A DNA stretch of 50,594 bases from Kiritimatiellia bacterium. Its GTDB lineage: Bacteria; Verrucomicrobiota; Kiritimatiellia; RFP12; UBA1067. The stretch is taken from contig JAEDMN010000001.1 in the NCBI GenBank assembly GCA_016302985.1, positions 1 to 50,594 of the forward strand, written 5' to 3'. This document shows, one piece after another, positions 1 through 8,509 of this stretch (position 1 is its first letter; each line of letters begins with the position of its first letter). The notes beneath the pieces were generated by a model. It saw nothing but the letters and a program-made list of their open reading frames with translations, made no database searches and was not told the origin of the DNA. The position numbers were made by a program, and so were the translations under genes.

Positions 1-81
1 GGCCGCCGTGCTTGATCTGGTCACCGCCCATCGCGCAGGCAACGCCCGCTGACTGGGGTCGTGCGGCCCCGGCCGGCACGA

Positions 82-139
82 AAACAGGAGAACAGGAAAT
101 ATTTTACGGGAGTCCCTCACGCCTCCTGTTCTCCTGTTT
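82..139. repeat. 16-bp perfect inverted repeat (AAACAGGAGAACAGGA / TCCTGTTCTCCTGTTT) with a 26-nt spacer; possible terminator hairpin downstream of hemW
   Basis: Arms 82-97 and 124-139 are exact reverse complements. It lies in an AT-richer ~200-nt intergenic stretch. Read on the minus strand the hairpin ends in TTTT. The 26-nt loop is long for a classical terminator. Confidence 0.4.
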
Positions 140-236
140 CCGGCTCGGCGCGCGGAGGCTCCTCCTTCACCGCACCGTCATTGGCCGCGGTTCACTTTTC
201 ACTGCCTGAAATGGGGAATCTCCACCCGCCTCGTGT

Positions 237-1298
237 CTAGAGGAGCTCGGCCAGGACGGCGTCGACGACTTCGAAGCCGCGGTCGGTGGGGACGAAGCGG
301 TCCGCTGACGGGGAGGCGAGGATGCCGGGCGGAACGAGGGCGGCGAGGCGGTCGCGCCAGGCGGGGATGCGGGGGGCGAGCAGCGGCCAGCGGCGGGAAA
401 TGTCCGCGAGGTCGAGGCCATCCGCCGTCCGCAGGCCGAGCAACGCGCGCTCGAGGGCGTCCTCCTCCGGCGTCACCGACGCGGTGTCGTAGCCGCCGCG
501 GGTGCCGACGGTGCGGGCGAGGGCGACGCGGCCGTGCGCGCCCTCGCCGACGCCGACGTAGTCCTCGCCGCGCCAGACGGCCTGGTTGTGCCGGCAGGCG
601 AAGCCGGGGCGGGCGTAGTTCGAGACCTCGTAGCGGACGAGCCCCGCGGCGGCGAAGGCGTCCCGCGCGAGGGCGACCTGCGCCAGCGCCGCGTCGTCGT
701 CCGGGAGGACGACCTCGCCCTTCCGCACGGCGAGGTCGAGGCGCGTCTTCGGCTCGTGGATGAGCGAATAGCAGCTGACGTGGACGGGGGCGAGGGAGAG
801 TGCGCGGTCGACCGTCGCGCGCCAGGACGCATCGGAGGTGCCGGGCCAGCCGGCGATGAGGTCGAGCCCGGCGTTCGGGAAGACGGCGCGGATCCGGCGG
901 AAGGCGGCCTCGGCTTCGTCCGCGGAATGGCCACGCCCCATCGCCGCGAGCGCGGCATCGTCGAAGCTCTGGACGCCGAGGGAGATCCGGTTCACGCCGC
1001 CGCGGCGGAGGGCGTCCAGCGTGCCGGGCGTGGCGTCCGCGGGATGCAGCTCGACGGTGAACTCCGCCGGAGCGGGGCCCTTCCGGCGCAGCGCGGCGAA
1101 GACCGGGGCGAGGGCGCAGAGCGCGGGCGTGCCGCCGCCGAAGTAGACGGTGCGCGGCGCGTCCGCGAGGGCGCCGACCTCGCGGACCACGCGGTCCACG
1201 TGCGCGGCCCGCGCGGCCGGCGACGTCCCGGCGCGGGAGAGCAGCGCGCAATAGGCGCACCTACTTCTGCAGAACGGGAAGTGAACGTACAGATTCAT
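237..1298 (-). CDS. hemW: Radical SAM heme chaperone HemW / oxygen-independent coproporphyrinogen-III oxidase-like protein
   Basis: N-terminus MNLYVHFPFCRSRCAYC carries the CX3CX2C radical-SAM motif, followed by the typical GGGTP, ISLGVQSF and HemN_C-like tail. Start chosen at MNLYV (1298); the ORF is open to 1400. The chosen start overlaps the upstream gene by 38 nt. Confidence 0.85.
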   Translation of the reverse strand: MNLYVHFPFCRSRCAYCALLSRAGTSPAARAAHVDRVVREVGALADAPRTVYFGGGTPALCALAPVFAALRRKGPAPAEFTVELHPADATPGTLDALRRGGVNRISLGVQSFDDAALAAMGRGHSADEAEAAFRRIRAVFPNAGLDLIAGWPGTSDASWRATVDRALSLAPVHVSCYSLIHEPKTRLDLAVRKGEVVLPDDDAALAQVALARDAFAAAGLVRYEVSNYARPGFACRHNQAVWRGEDYVGVGEGAHGRVALARTVGTRGGYDTASVTPEEDALERALLGLRTADGLDLADISRRWPLLAPRIPAWRDRLAALVPPGILASPSADRFVPTDRGFEVVDAVLAELL

Positions 1299-1971
1299 AC
1301 AGCGCGACAGCCCCCGACCAGACGAACGCATAGGCGTCCGCAACGCGGTGGGACAGCACCTGGGCGAACGTCGTCCAGGGAATCTCCGCGGTGCAGACAA
1401 TCCAGACTGCCGCGCCGAGGACGTTGAAGATCCAGATCAGCACATAGGAGAAGACTCGCCCGTACTCCTGGACGTCGGTCTGCTCCTGCTGCAGCGAACG
1501 GATCGTGAAGATGCAGTGGAAACACCAGGTCACACCCACGGCGAACTGCCACGCCGCGGGACACGGGAGGCGCGACAGCGAAGCGCGCACGGCCACGGCC
1601 AGCAGCACGACGAGGATCGTGTAGAAAGGGAAGAAATAGGGCGCGAGCGTGATCCACACGTTCGACTTCGTGAGCGTGACGGAGCCGCCGCGCAGACCGA
1701 CCCGGAGGTTGGAGACGCGCGCGCCGAAGAGAAGGCCCCAGACGGCGTGCGTCAGCTCGTGCCCCAGCACGTAGAGGCGGACGGGCGGCGGGAACGCCAG
1801 CGCGACGAGCAAGTAGCAGCAGACCCCCGAGAGGACGGCGACCATCCCGGGCGCCATCGGCCAACCGGACGGAACGCGCATGCGCGCGACCACGTCGACG
1901 AAGGCGCGCGAAAGGCCACAGGCAAGGGGAATCGCCGCAAGGGCGAGGATGAATCGGGCGAAAGCCGCCAT
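1261..1971 (-). CDS. Polytopic membrane protein with HExxH motif (putative membrane zinc metalloprotease, DUF3267/M50-like)
   Basis: 236 aa with about 6 hydrophobic helices and LGHELTHAVWG (HExxH) after the second helix. Coding-like composition. The family assignment is from memory of the motif only. Confidence 0.65.
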   Translation of the reverse strand: MAAFARFILALAAIPLACGLSRAFVDVVARMRVPSGWPMAPGMVAVLSGVCCYLLVALAFPPPVRLYVLGHELTHAVWGLLFGARVSNLRVGLRGGSVTLTKSNVWITLAPYFFPFYTILVVLLAVAVRASLSRLPCPAAWQFAVGVTWCFHCIFTIRSLQQEQTDVQEYGRVFSYVLIWIFNVLGAAVWIVCTAEIPWTTFAQVLSHRVADAYAFVWSGAVALYESVRSLPVLQK

Positions 1972-1993
1972 GAGGGAGGACGACGGGACGCCG

Positions 1994-2293
1994 CTAGTCC
2001 TGGAACACGAACAGAATCTCGTTCGGACGGACGCGGCGGTTCATGCGCGCAAGGGACTCCACGAAACCGCGATCCGTGTTGAAGCGGCGCTGGCGCGACT
2101 TGATGTCGGCGATTTCGCGCTGCTTTTCCTCGATCATCTGCAGAAGGTGGTCCCGCCTCTCGTTCAGGCGCTGGGCCTTCTCGTACCGCGGCTTCGCCAT
2201 CATCATCCCCGTGACGACGATGCCGATGAAGCCGGCGAAGAAGAATCCCTGCACGATTTTCTGGAGAAACTTGTTCTGGTGGAGCTTGTCCAT
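1994..2293 (-). CDS. Septum formation initiator family protein (FtsB/DivIC-like)
   Basis: Small bitopic protein with an N-terminal TM (IVQGFFFAGFIGIVVTGMMM), a coiled-coil segment, and a C-terminal FVESLARMNRRVRPNEILFVF resembling the FtsB/DivIC signature. An alternative ATG lies at 2305. Confidence 0.65.
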   Translation of the reverse strand: MDKLHQNKFLQKIVQGFFFAGFIGIVVTGMMMAKPRYEKAQRLNERRDHLLQMIEEKQREIADIKSRQRRFNTDRGFVESLARMNRRVRPNEILFVFQD

Positions 2294-2339
2294 GCGTGCG
2301 CACATTTTAGGATTATTATCCCCCTATGTCAAGGCGATT

Positions 2340-2348
2340 TGGTATAAT
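2340..2348 (+). promoter_or_regulatory. Extended -10 box TGGTATAAT, 7 nt upstream of the ATG at 2356 (predicts a leaderless transcript)
   Basis: Exact TGnTATAAT in an AT-rich divergent intergenic region. There is no Shine-Dalgarno between the box and the ATG. Confidence 0.5.
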
Positions 2349-2355
2349 TTCTCAC

Positions 2356-2895
2356 ATGAAATCCAATCTCCAGAAAAGCCTTGCGTTCCTCGCGCTTTTG
2401 GGGCTCTCCGGCTGCTTTTCCTTCGAGACGTCGCCGATCGGCGGCGGCACTGCGGACGGGCTGCGGCTTCCTGCCTCGGCGGGCGCGCCCGTCGAGCACG
2501 TCGTCGTCGCGAACACCGGCTGGTTCCTCTTCAACTTCATCCCGGTCGCCTGCGGGAACACGGCCGACGACGCGACGCTGCCGTGGAAATTCTTCCGCAA
2601 CAGCGTGCACGAACGGGTGCTGCACGACCGGATCACCAAGTACGCGGCCGAGCGCCAGTGCGACCTCGAGGAGCTGAACGTCTTCAACGACGAGCAGGTG
2701 CTGCTCACGCTGCCGGGCTTGGACTTCCCCATTCTGATCCCCTACGTGATCACCTACCGGGAGCTCCAGATTTCCGGGGTGCTCGTCCGCAACGAGCCGC
2801 GCGCGCAGGCGGACGACGCCGCCGCGCGGAAGCGCGCGATCACCAGCGACATGAAGCGGTTGCTCGAATCCCTGCCCGACGGAGGTACGAAATGA
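2356..2895 (+). CDS. Lipoprotein of unknown function (paralog 1)
   Basis: Signal peptide with lipobox (MKSNLQKSLAFLALLGLSGC). Shares the motif NTGWFLFNFIPVACGN...WKFFRNSV with the next gene. Its stop overlaps the next start (ATGA at 2892-2895). Confidence 0.75.
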   Translation: MKSNLQKSLAFLALLGLSGCFSFETSPIGGGTADGLRLPASAGAPVEHVVVANTGWFLFNFIPVACGNTADDATLPWKFFRNSVHERVLHDRITKYAAERQCDLEELNVFNDEQVLLTLPGLDFPILIPYVITYRELQISGVLVRNEPRAQADDAAARKRAITSDMKRLLESLPDGGTK

Positions 2896-3302
2896 AGATG
2901 GTGCGTTTCCTGGCCCTTCCGGCGCTTCTGCTGTCCGCCGGCTGCGCGTCCGTCCACGTCTCCAAGGCCTTCAACGGCGTGCGGGTGGACGGCGGACGCG
3001 AACCCGCCGCGACAGTCGAGATCGAGAATTCCGGCTGGTTCCTCCTGACCTGCATCCCCCTTGCCAGCGGCAACTGCGAACGGCCCAACGGGAATTGCTG
3101 CCGCTGGTTCCGCAACACGGTCAAGCTCGAGAACAACATCAGGATCCTCGACGGACAGATGAAGGCGGAGGGCGTCACGGAGGTCGCCAACCTCACGAGC
3201 CACCGCACGGACGAGAAGTACCTGGTGTTCCTCCTGGCGCGCCACGCCTACCACACCAGCGCGGTCCTGCTGAAGCCCCTAGAAGAAGAAGAGAAGAAAT
3301 GA
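2892..3302 (+). CDS. Lipoprotein of unknown function (paralog 2)
   Basis: MKMVRFLALPALLLSAGC signal/lipobox. The motif NSGWFLLTCIPLASGN...CRWFRNTV parallels the upstream gene. It is in the frame of the 2043..3302 ORF, whose upstream part is shadow. ATGA overlap with hisC at 3299-3302. Confidence 0.7.
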   Translation: MKMVRFLALPALLLSAGCASVHVSKAFNGVRVDGGREPAATVEIENSGWFLLTCIPLASGNCERPNGNCCRWFRNTVKLENNIRILDGQMKAEGVTEVANLTSHRTDEKYLVFLLARHAYHTSAVLLKPLEEEEKK

Positions 3303-4354
3303 GAATCGCCAAATCCGTCCAGGCCCTGACGCCCTACGTGCCCGGCGAGCAGCCGAAGAGCCGCAACGTCGTGAAGCTCAACACGAACGAAAACCCCTAC
3401 CCCCCTTCCCCGAAGGTCGCCCAGGTGCTCGCGGGCTACGACCTCGACCGGCTGCGCCGGTACCCCGACCCCGTCTTCATGGAGCTGCGTCGGCTGATCG
3501 CCGGCATCTGGGGAACGGTTCCCGAACGCATCTTCGTCGGAAACGGCTCCGACGAGGTGCTCACGGTCGCGGCGCGCGCCTTCGTCGACGACGACGAGGC
3601 GATCGGCTCCTGCGATCCGAGCTATTCCCTCTACAAGACGCTCGCGGCCATCCGCAACGTGCCGTTCGTCCCCTCCCCGCTCGGCCCCGGCTTCTCCTGG
3701 CGCGCGCCCGTCGTGCGCGGCGCGGCGCGCGACGTGGCGCTCTTCCTGCTCACGAACCCGAACGCCCCGACCTCGATCCGCTATGGACGGGATGTCGTCG
3801 CCGACTTCGCGAAGGGATTCCCCGGCGTGGTGATCGTCGACGAGGCCTACGCGGACTTCGCGGACGCCGACTGCACGTCCCTCGCGACGGCGCCGGACAA
3901 CCGCAACGTCGTCGTGATGCGCACGCTGTCGAAGAGCTTCTCGCTCGCGGGCCTGCGCCTCGGCTACTGCATCGGGCCGGAGGACCTGATCGAGGCGATG
4001 TACAAGGTCAAGGACTCCTACAACGTCGACGCCGTGGCGCAGGACGTCGCCTGCGCCGCGCTCTCGGACCTCGACTGGATGCGCGCCAACGTCGCGAAGG
4101 TCGTGAAGACGCGCGCCGAGACCGCGGCCGAGCTCCGCCGCCGGGGCTGGGACGTGCCCGAGTCGCAGTCGAACTTCCTGTTCGCGAAACCCGCCCACCG
4201 CCCCGCCGCCGAGATCTTCGAGGCCCTGCGCGCGCGCGGCATCTTCGTGCGCTACTTCCCCGGACCGGAGACGGGCGACCGCCTCCGCATCACGATCGGC
4301 ACCGACACCGACATGAAAACCCTGCTCACCGCACTGGAGGAACTGGACAAATGA
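3299..4354 (+). CDS. hisC: Histidinol-phosphate aminotransferase
   Basis: MRIAKSVQALTPYVPGEQP...KLNTNENPYPPSP... and the PLP-lysine context LSKSFSLAGLRLGY are classic HisC class-II aminotransferase features. Start at MRIAKS. Confidence 0.9.
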   Translation: MRIAKSVQALTPYVPGEQPKSRNVVKLNTNENPYPPSPKVAQVLAGYDLDRLRRYPDPVFMELRRLIAGIWGTVPERIFVGNGSDEVLTVAARAFVDDDEAIGSCDPSYSLYKTLAAIRNVPFVPSPLGPGFSWRAPVVRGAARDVALFLLTNPNAPTSIRYGRDVVADFAKGFPGVVIVDEAYADFADADCTSLATAPDNRNVVVMRTLSKSFSLAGLRLGYCIGPEDLIEAMYKVKDSYNVDAVAQDVACAALSDLDWMRANVAKVVKTRAETAAELRRRGWDVPESQSNFLFAKPAHRPAAEIFEALRARGIFVRYFPGPETGDRLRITIGTDTDMKTLLTALEELDK

Positions 4355-5664
4355 CACCCGATATCAACCCCGTTTCGAAACCCGACTTCATGCCCGTCGA
4401 GGAGCTTCGCGCGCTGCAGCTCGCGAAGCTGCAGAAACTCATCCCCTACGAATACGAGCATGTCGCGCTGTTCCGCCGCCGCTGTGACGAAAAGGGCGTG
4501 AAGCCCCGCGACCTGGTCACGCTCAAAGACCTCGCCAAGTTTCCCTTCATGAAGAAGACGGACCTCCGCGACGAGTACCCGTACGGCCTCACGGCGGCAC
4601 CGATGCGCGAGATCAACCGCTTCCACTGCTCCTCCGGCACGACGGGCAAGCCGATCTGCATCCCGCAGACCAAGGGCGACCTCGAGGTCTGGACGGACGG
4701 CGCCGCGCGCTGCCTCGCGATGTACGGCATCACGGCGGACGACATCGTGCAGGTCTCCTACGGCTACGGGCTCTTCACGGGCGGCCTGGGCGCGCACCAG
4801 GGCGCCGAGCGCCTCGGCTGCGCCGTGCTCCCGACGGGCGCCGGCAACACCGAGAAGCAGATCATGCTGATGAAGGACCTGAACGTCACCGTCATCTGCT
4901 GCACGCCGAGCTACTTCCTCCACCTCGCGACCGTCGCCGAGAAGATGGGCGTCGACTTCCGCCGCGACACGAAGCTCAAGCACGGCGTCTTCGGCGCCGA
5001 GCCGTGGACGGACGAGATCCGCGCCAAGATCGAGCAGATCTCCGGCATCACCGCGCACGACATCTACGGCCTCACCGAGATCTCCGGCCCCGGCGTCGCG
5101 GGCAACTGCGCGTTCTGCCACGGCATGCACATCTGGGAGGACCACTTCTACCCCGAGATCATCGACCCCGACACGCTCGAGGTCCTGCCCGACGGCGAAG
5201 AGGGCGAGCTCGTCTTCACGACGCTCGACCGCTTCGGCACGCCGATGGTCCGCTACCGCACGCGCGACCTCACCCGCCTGCAGCTCGGGCAGTGCAAGTG
5301 CGGCCGCACGATGCGCGTGATGGACCGCGTGCACGCGCGTTCCGACGACATGCTCATCATCCACGGCGTCAACGTCTTCCCGAGCCAGATCGAGGCCTGC
5401 CTCATGAAGGTGCCGGAGATCGCGCCGCACTACATGATCGAACTCTCGTCCACCGACACGATGGACCTCTTCGAACTCAAGGTCGAAGTGACCGCCGAGA
5501 CGTTCTCCGACTCCGTCTCCGCCATGGAGGCGGTCCGCAAGCGCGTCGCTGCGTCGATCAAGGAGATCGTCGGCCTCTCCCCGAAGATCTACCTCGTCGC
5601 GCCGGGCACCCTTCCGCGCAGCCAGGGCAAGATCAAGCGCGTCATTGACAACCGCAAGAAGTAA
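4351..5664 (+). CDS. Phenylacetate--CoA ligase family protein (PaaK-like adenylate-forming enzyme)
   Basis: 437 aa with the N-terminal LQLAKLQKLIPYEYEHVALFRRRCDEKGV, SSGTTGKP adenylation motif and a C-terminal KIKRV tail typical of the PaaK/F390-synthetase family. ATGA overlap with hisC. Confidence 0.85.
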   Translation: MTPDINPVSKPDFMPVEELRALQLAKLQKLIPYEYEHVALFRRRCDEKGVKPRDLVTLKDLAKFPFMKKTDLRDEYPYGLTAAPMREINRFHCSSGTTGKPICIPQTKGDLEVWTDGAARCLAMYGITADDIVQVSYGYGLFTGGLGAHQGAERLGCAVLPTGAGNTEKQIMLMKDLNVTVICCTPSYFLHLATVAEKMGVDFRRDTKLKHGVFGAEPWTDEIRAKIEQISGITAHDIYGLTEISGPGVAGNCAFCHGMHIWEDHFYPEIIDPDTLEVLPDGEEGELVFTTLDRFGTPMVRYRTRDLTRLQLGQCKCGRTMRVMDRVHARSDDMLIIHGVNVFPSQIEACLMKVPEIAPHYMIELSSTDTMDLFELKVEVTAETFSDSVSAMEAVRKRVAASIKEIVGLSPKIYLVAPGTLPRSQGKIKRVIDNRKK

Positions 5665-5683
5665 GAGAGAAAGGAGCACACCG

Positions 5684-6121
5684 ATGAGCATCACCCAGAT
5701 CTCCATCTTCCTCGAGAACAAGGTCGGCCAGCTCGCGCAGGTCTGCAAGGTCCTCGCGGACAACGACGTCTCGCTCGTCACGCTCTCCCTCGCGGAGACC
5801 GCGGACTTCGGCATCGCCCGCCTCGTGGTGGACGACACGGCCAAGGCCGAGGACGTGCTGCGCCGCAACAAGTACATCGTGAAGGCGACGCCCGTGGTCG
5901 CCGTCGCGGTGCCGGACCGCCCCGGCGGCATGGCCGAGGTCGTCTCGACGCTGTCCGCCAAGGGCTGCGACATCGAGTACTCCTACGCCTTCGCGCTCCG
6001 CCATGGGGAGAAGGCCGTGCTCGTCTTCCGCTTCAAAAACAATGAACAGGCCACCGCCGTGATTGCCGAAGCCGGCTTCGCGACGCTGACCGAAAACCAG
6101 ATCCAGGACGCAGCCAAGTAA
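5684..6121 (+). CDS. ACT domain-containing protein (tandem ACT, amino-acid-binding)
   Basis: MSITQISIFLENKVGQLAQVCKVLADNDV... and a second PDRPGGMAEVVSTLSAKGCDI repeat. This is the usual small partner encoded next to PaaK-like ligases. Confidence 0.8.
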   Translation: MSITQISIFLENKVGQLAQVCKVLADNDVSLVTLSLAETADFGIARLVVDDTAKAEDVLRRNKYIVKATPVVAVAVPDRPGGMAEVVSTLSAKGCDIEYSYAFALRHGEKAVLVFRFKNNEQATAVIAEAGFATLTENQIQDAAK

Positions 6122-6122
6122 A

Positions 6123-7517
6123 ATGAAATTCACCAGCACCCGGTCCAACACCGAAAACGCCTCACTCACCTGCATTCTCCGCGGCCTTGCGCCGGACGGC
6201 GGGCTCTTCGTCCCGCGCGTGGTCGGCTCCGTCGACGTCGCGGCCTGCGGAACCCTCGAGGGCGCCGAGCGCGTGGCCCTCGGGGCGATCTTCGACGACG
6301 TGCCGGAGAGCGTCCGCGAGGACGCCATCCGCAACCTGCTCGCGAAGTTCCCGAAGGACGCCCCGATCCCGCTCGTCGACGCCGACGGCTTCAAGATCCT
6401 CGAGCTCTTCCAGGGTCCGACGGGCGCGTTCAAGGACGTCGCCCTCTCCGTCCTGCCAGTCCTGATGGTCGCCGCGGCCGAGGGCAAACGCGTCCTCATT
6501 CTCACCGCGACGTCGGGCGACACCGGCTCCGCGGCGATGGCGGGCTTCGCGGACGTCCCCGGAATCGAGATCGCCGTGTTCTTCCCGAACACGGGCACGT
6601 CCCGCATCCAGCGCCTGCAGATGACGACGCCGGCCGCGAAGAACGTGCATGGCATCGCGATCCGCGGCAACTTCGACGACGCGCAGGCCGCCGTGAAGCG
6701 CATCTTCTCGGACCCCGCGATCCGCGCCGAGGCCGAGCGTGCGGGCATCACGCTCTCCTCCGCGAACTCGATCAACATCGGCCGCCTCGTGCCGCAGATC
6801 GGCTACTACCTGCTCTCCGCGGCGCGCCTCGGCCGGGAATTCGACGTCGTCGTCCCCTCGGGCAACTTCGGCAACATCCTCGCCGCCTACTACGCGAAGC
6901 TGATGGGCGCGCCCATTCGGAAATTTGTCTGCGCGTCGAACATCAACGACGTGCTGACGCGCTTCATCAACACCGGCGTCTACGATCCGGGCGACAAGTT
7001 CACCGTCACGAACTCGCCGTCGATGGACATCCGCAAATCCTCCAACGTCGAGCGCCTGCTCTGGCTCGTCAACGGCGGGCTCGAGGACCCCGTCGCCGCC
7101 GCCGCGGAGACGAAGCGCCTGATGGACGACTTCGCGGCCACGGGCCGCTACGAGCTGAACGCCGCCGCCAAGGTCCGCCTGCAGGCGGACTTCGTCGGCG
7201 CCTTCGCGACGCCCGAGGAGACGGAGGCCGAGATGCGCCTGATGCACGACCACTGCGGCTACGTGCTCGACCCGCACACGGCCGTCGCCACGGCGGTCGC
7301 CCGCAAGCTTGGCTACCCGCAGGACGGCACGCCCTGCGTCATCGCGGCCACGGCCACGCCGTACAAGTTCCCGGAAACCTGCCAGCGCGCCTTCGGCGCG
7401 AACGTGCTCACGGACCCGCCGGAATCCTTCGTGGCGATGGAGAGGGCCCCGATCACGCAGACGCGCATCGTCGACGTCGACGGCATCGACGCGTCGGTGC
7501 GCGCGCTCTTCAAATAA
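6123..7517 (+). CDS. thrC: Threonine synthase (long form)
   Basis: MKFTSTRS...LAPDGGLFVP start, PLP-lysine motif GPTGAFKD, 464 aa. Confidence 0.9.
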   Translation: MKFTSTRSNTENASLTCILRGLAPDGGLFVPRVVGSVDVAACGTLEGAERVALGAIFDDVPESVREDAIRNLLAKFPKDAPIPLVDADGFKILELFQGPTGAFKDVALSVLPVLMVAAAEGKRVLILTATSGDTGSAAMAGFADVPGIEIAVFFPNTGTSRIQRLQMTTPAAKNVHGIAIRGNFDDAQAAVKRIFSDPAIRAEAERAGITLSSANSINIGRLVPQIGYYLLSAARLGREFDVVVPSGNFGNILAAYYAKLMGAPIRKFVCASNINDVLTRFINTGVYDPGDKFTVTNSPSMDIRKSSNVERLLWLVNGGLEDPVAAAAETKRLMDDFAATGRYELNAAAKVRLQADFVGAFATPEETEAEMRLMHDHCGYVLDPHTAVATAVARKLGYPQDGTPCVIAATATPYKFPETCQRAFGANVLTDPPESFVAMERAPITQTRIVDVDGIDASVRALFK

Positions 7518-7534
7518 GGTGCGTCCAAGCATGC

Positions 7535-7572
7535 GGAAAGAAGCGCGCGACGACTGTCGCGCGCTTCTTTCC
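7535..7572. terminator. Bidirectional hairpin terminator between convergent thrC and the M28 peptidase gene
   Basis: 17-bp perfect stem GGAAAGAAGCGCGCGAC / GTCGCGCGCTTCTTTCC (7535-7551 and 7556-7572) with a 4-nt loop GACT. The 3' arm abuts the peptidase stop codon. Confidence 0.75.
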
Positions 7573-8481
7573 TTACCGCTGCAGCAGCCGGACCAGTTCG
7601 GCCGCGAGGCGGCCCGAGGCGAGCAGACTCGCCGAGGAAATCTTGTCCAGCGTGTCCTGCGGCGTGTGCCAGTAGTCATTCAGGCCCGGCGCGCTGCCGA
7701 ATTCGAAGTCGATCAGGTCGAGCGCGGGCAGGCCCGCGTCGTGGAAGGCGGAATGGTCGTCCTTGACGACGATGTCGTCGCAGTGGCGGATCCGTCCAAA
7801 TCCCGTGGCCTGCGCAGCCTGCAGGGCGAGGCGAACCAGCCGGGGATCCGAATTGGCCGGCAGGATGATGTCCAGGTTCCGATCCCCCAGCATGTCGAGG
7901 CAGATCGCCGCGCGCACGGAGCGTCCGCGCTCCCGCAGGTCGCGCAGCAGACGGCGGGAACCCTGGAATCCGTCACGCGGACCGTACTTGACCCGGCACT
8001 CCTCGGCATCCGTCCACGCGAGCAGCACGTTGAGGCGTCCGGGCGAAGCGCGGCGCACGGCCTGTCCGAGCGCCAGGAGGAGTCCGGACGTCGATGCGCC
8101 GTCGTTCGCGCCCTCGAAGCCCCTCCCCGCGTTCGGCGCGGTGTCGAAATGGGACATGAGGACGATCCACGGTGCCGCGGGTTCCGAACCGGGAAGCTCG
8201 GCCACCACGTTGGCGAAAGCGGCCTCTCCGTCGTTCACGGCAGCCGTGAAGACGTCCAGCTTCGCGGGCACCCCCGCGGCGACGGCGCGGTCGCGGATCC
8301 AGGCCGCGGCGCGCAGTCCTTCGGGCGTGCCGGCGTTCCTGGGCGTGCAGGACTTCACCAGCCCCGCGGCCGTCTCGTACGCGGTTTGCGCATCGGCTGC
8401 GGTAAATGAAAGGCCCGCCCCCCAGGCGGAAGCAGCCAGAGCCGACCAGGCGACCAGGCTCCTGAAGGCTGAACGTCCCAT
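7573..8481 (-). CDS. M28 family zinc peptidase (glutaminyl-cyclase-like), secreted
   Basis: Signal peptide, then HFDT...GANDGASTSGLLLAL...DAEE...D...H spacing typical of M28 aminopeptidase/glutaminyl cyclase folds. Confidence 0.75.
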   Translation of the reverse strand: MGRSAFRSLVAWSALAASAWGAGLSFTAADAQTAYETAAGLVKSCTPRNAGTPEGLRAAAWIRDRAVAAGVPAKLDVFTAAVNDGEAAFANVVAELPGSEPAAPWIVLMSHFDTAPNAGRGFEGANDGASTSGLLLALGQAVRRASPGRLNVLLAWTDAEECRVKYGPRDGFQGSRRLLRDLRERGRSVRAAICLDMLGDRNLDIILPANSDPRLVRLALQAAQATGFGRIRHCDDIVVKDDHSAFHDAGLPALDLIDFEFGSAPGLNDYWHTPQDTLDKISSASLLASGRLAAELVRLLQR

Positions 8482-8509
8482 TTCGGTCCCTCGCCGCCCG
8501 TCGTCGGCG

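Noticed and set aside
12-209. 65-aa plus-strand ORF at the window start, and a possible leftward gene whose ATG is at 29..31 (MGGDQIKHGG...).
   Set aside because: The 65-aa ORF spans the AT-rich spacer and the inverted repeat and has no coding-like features. Only 10 codons of the leftward gene are visible, too little to call.
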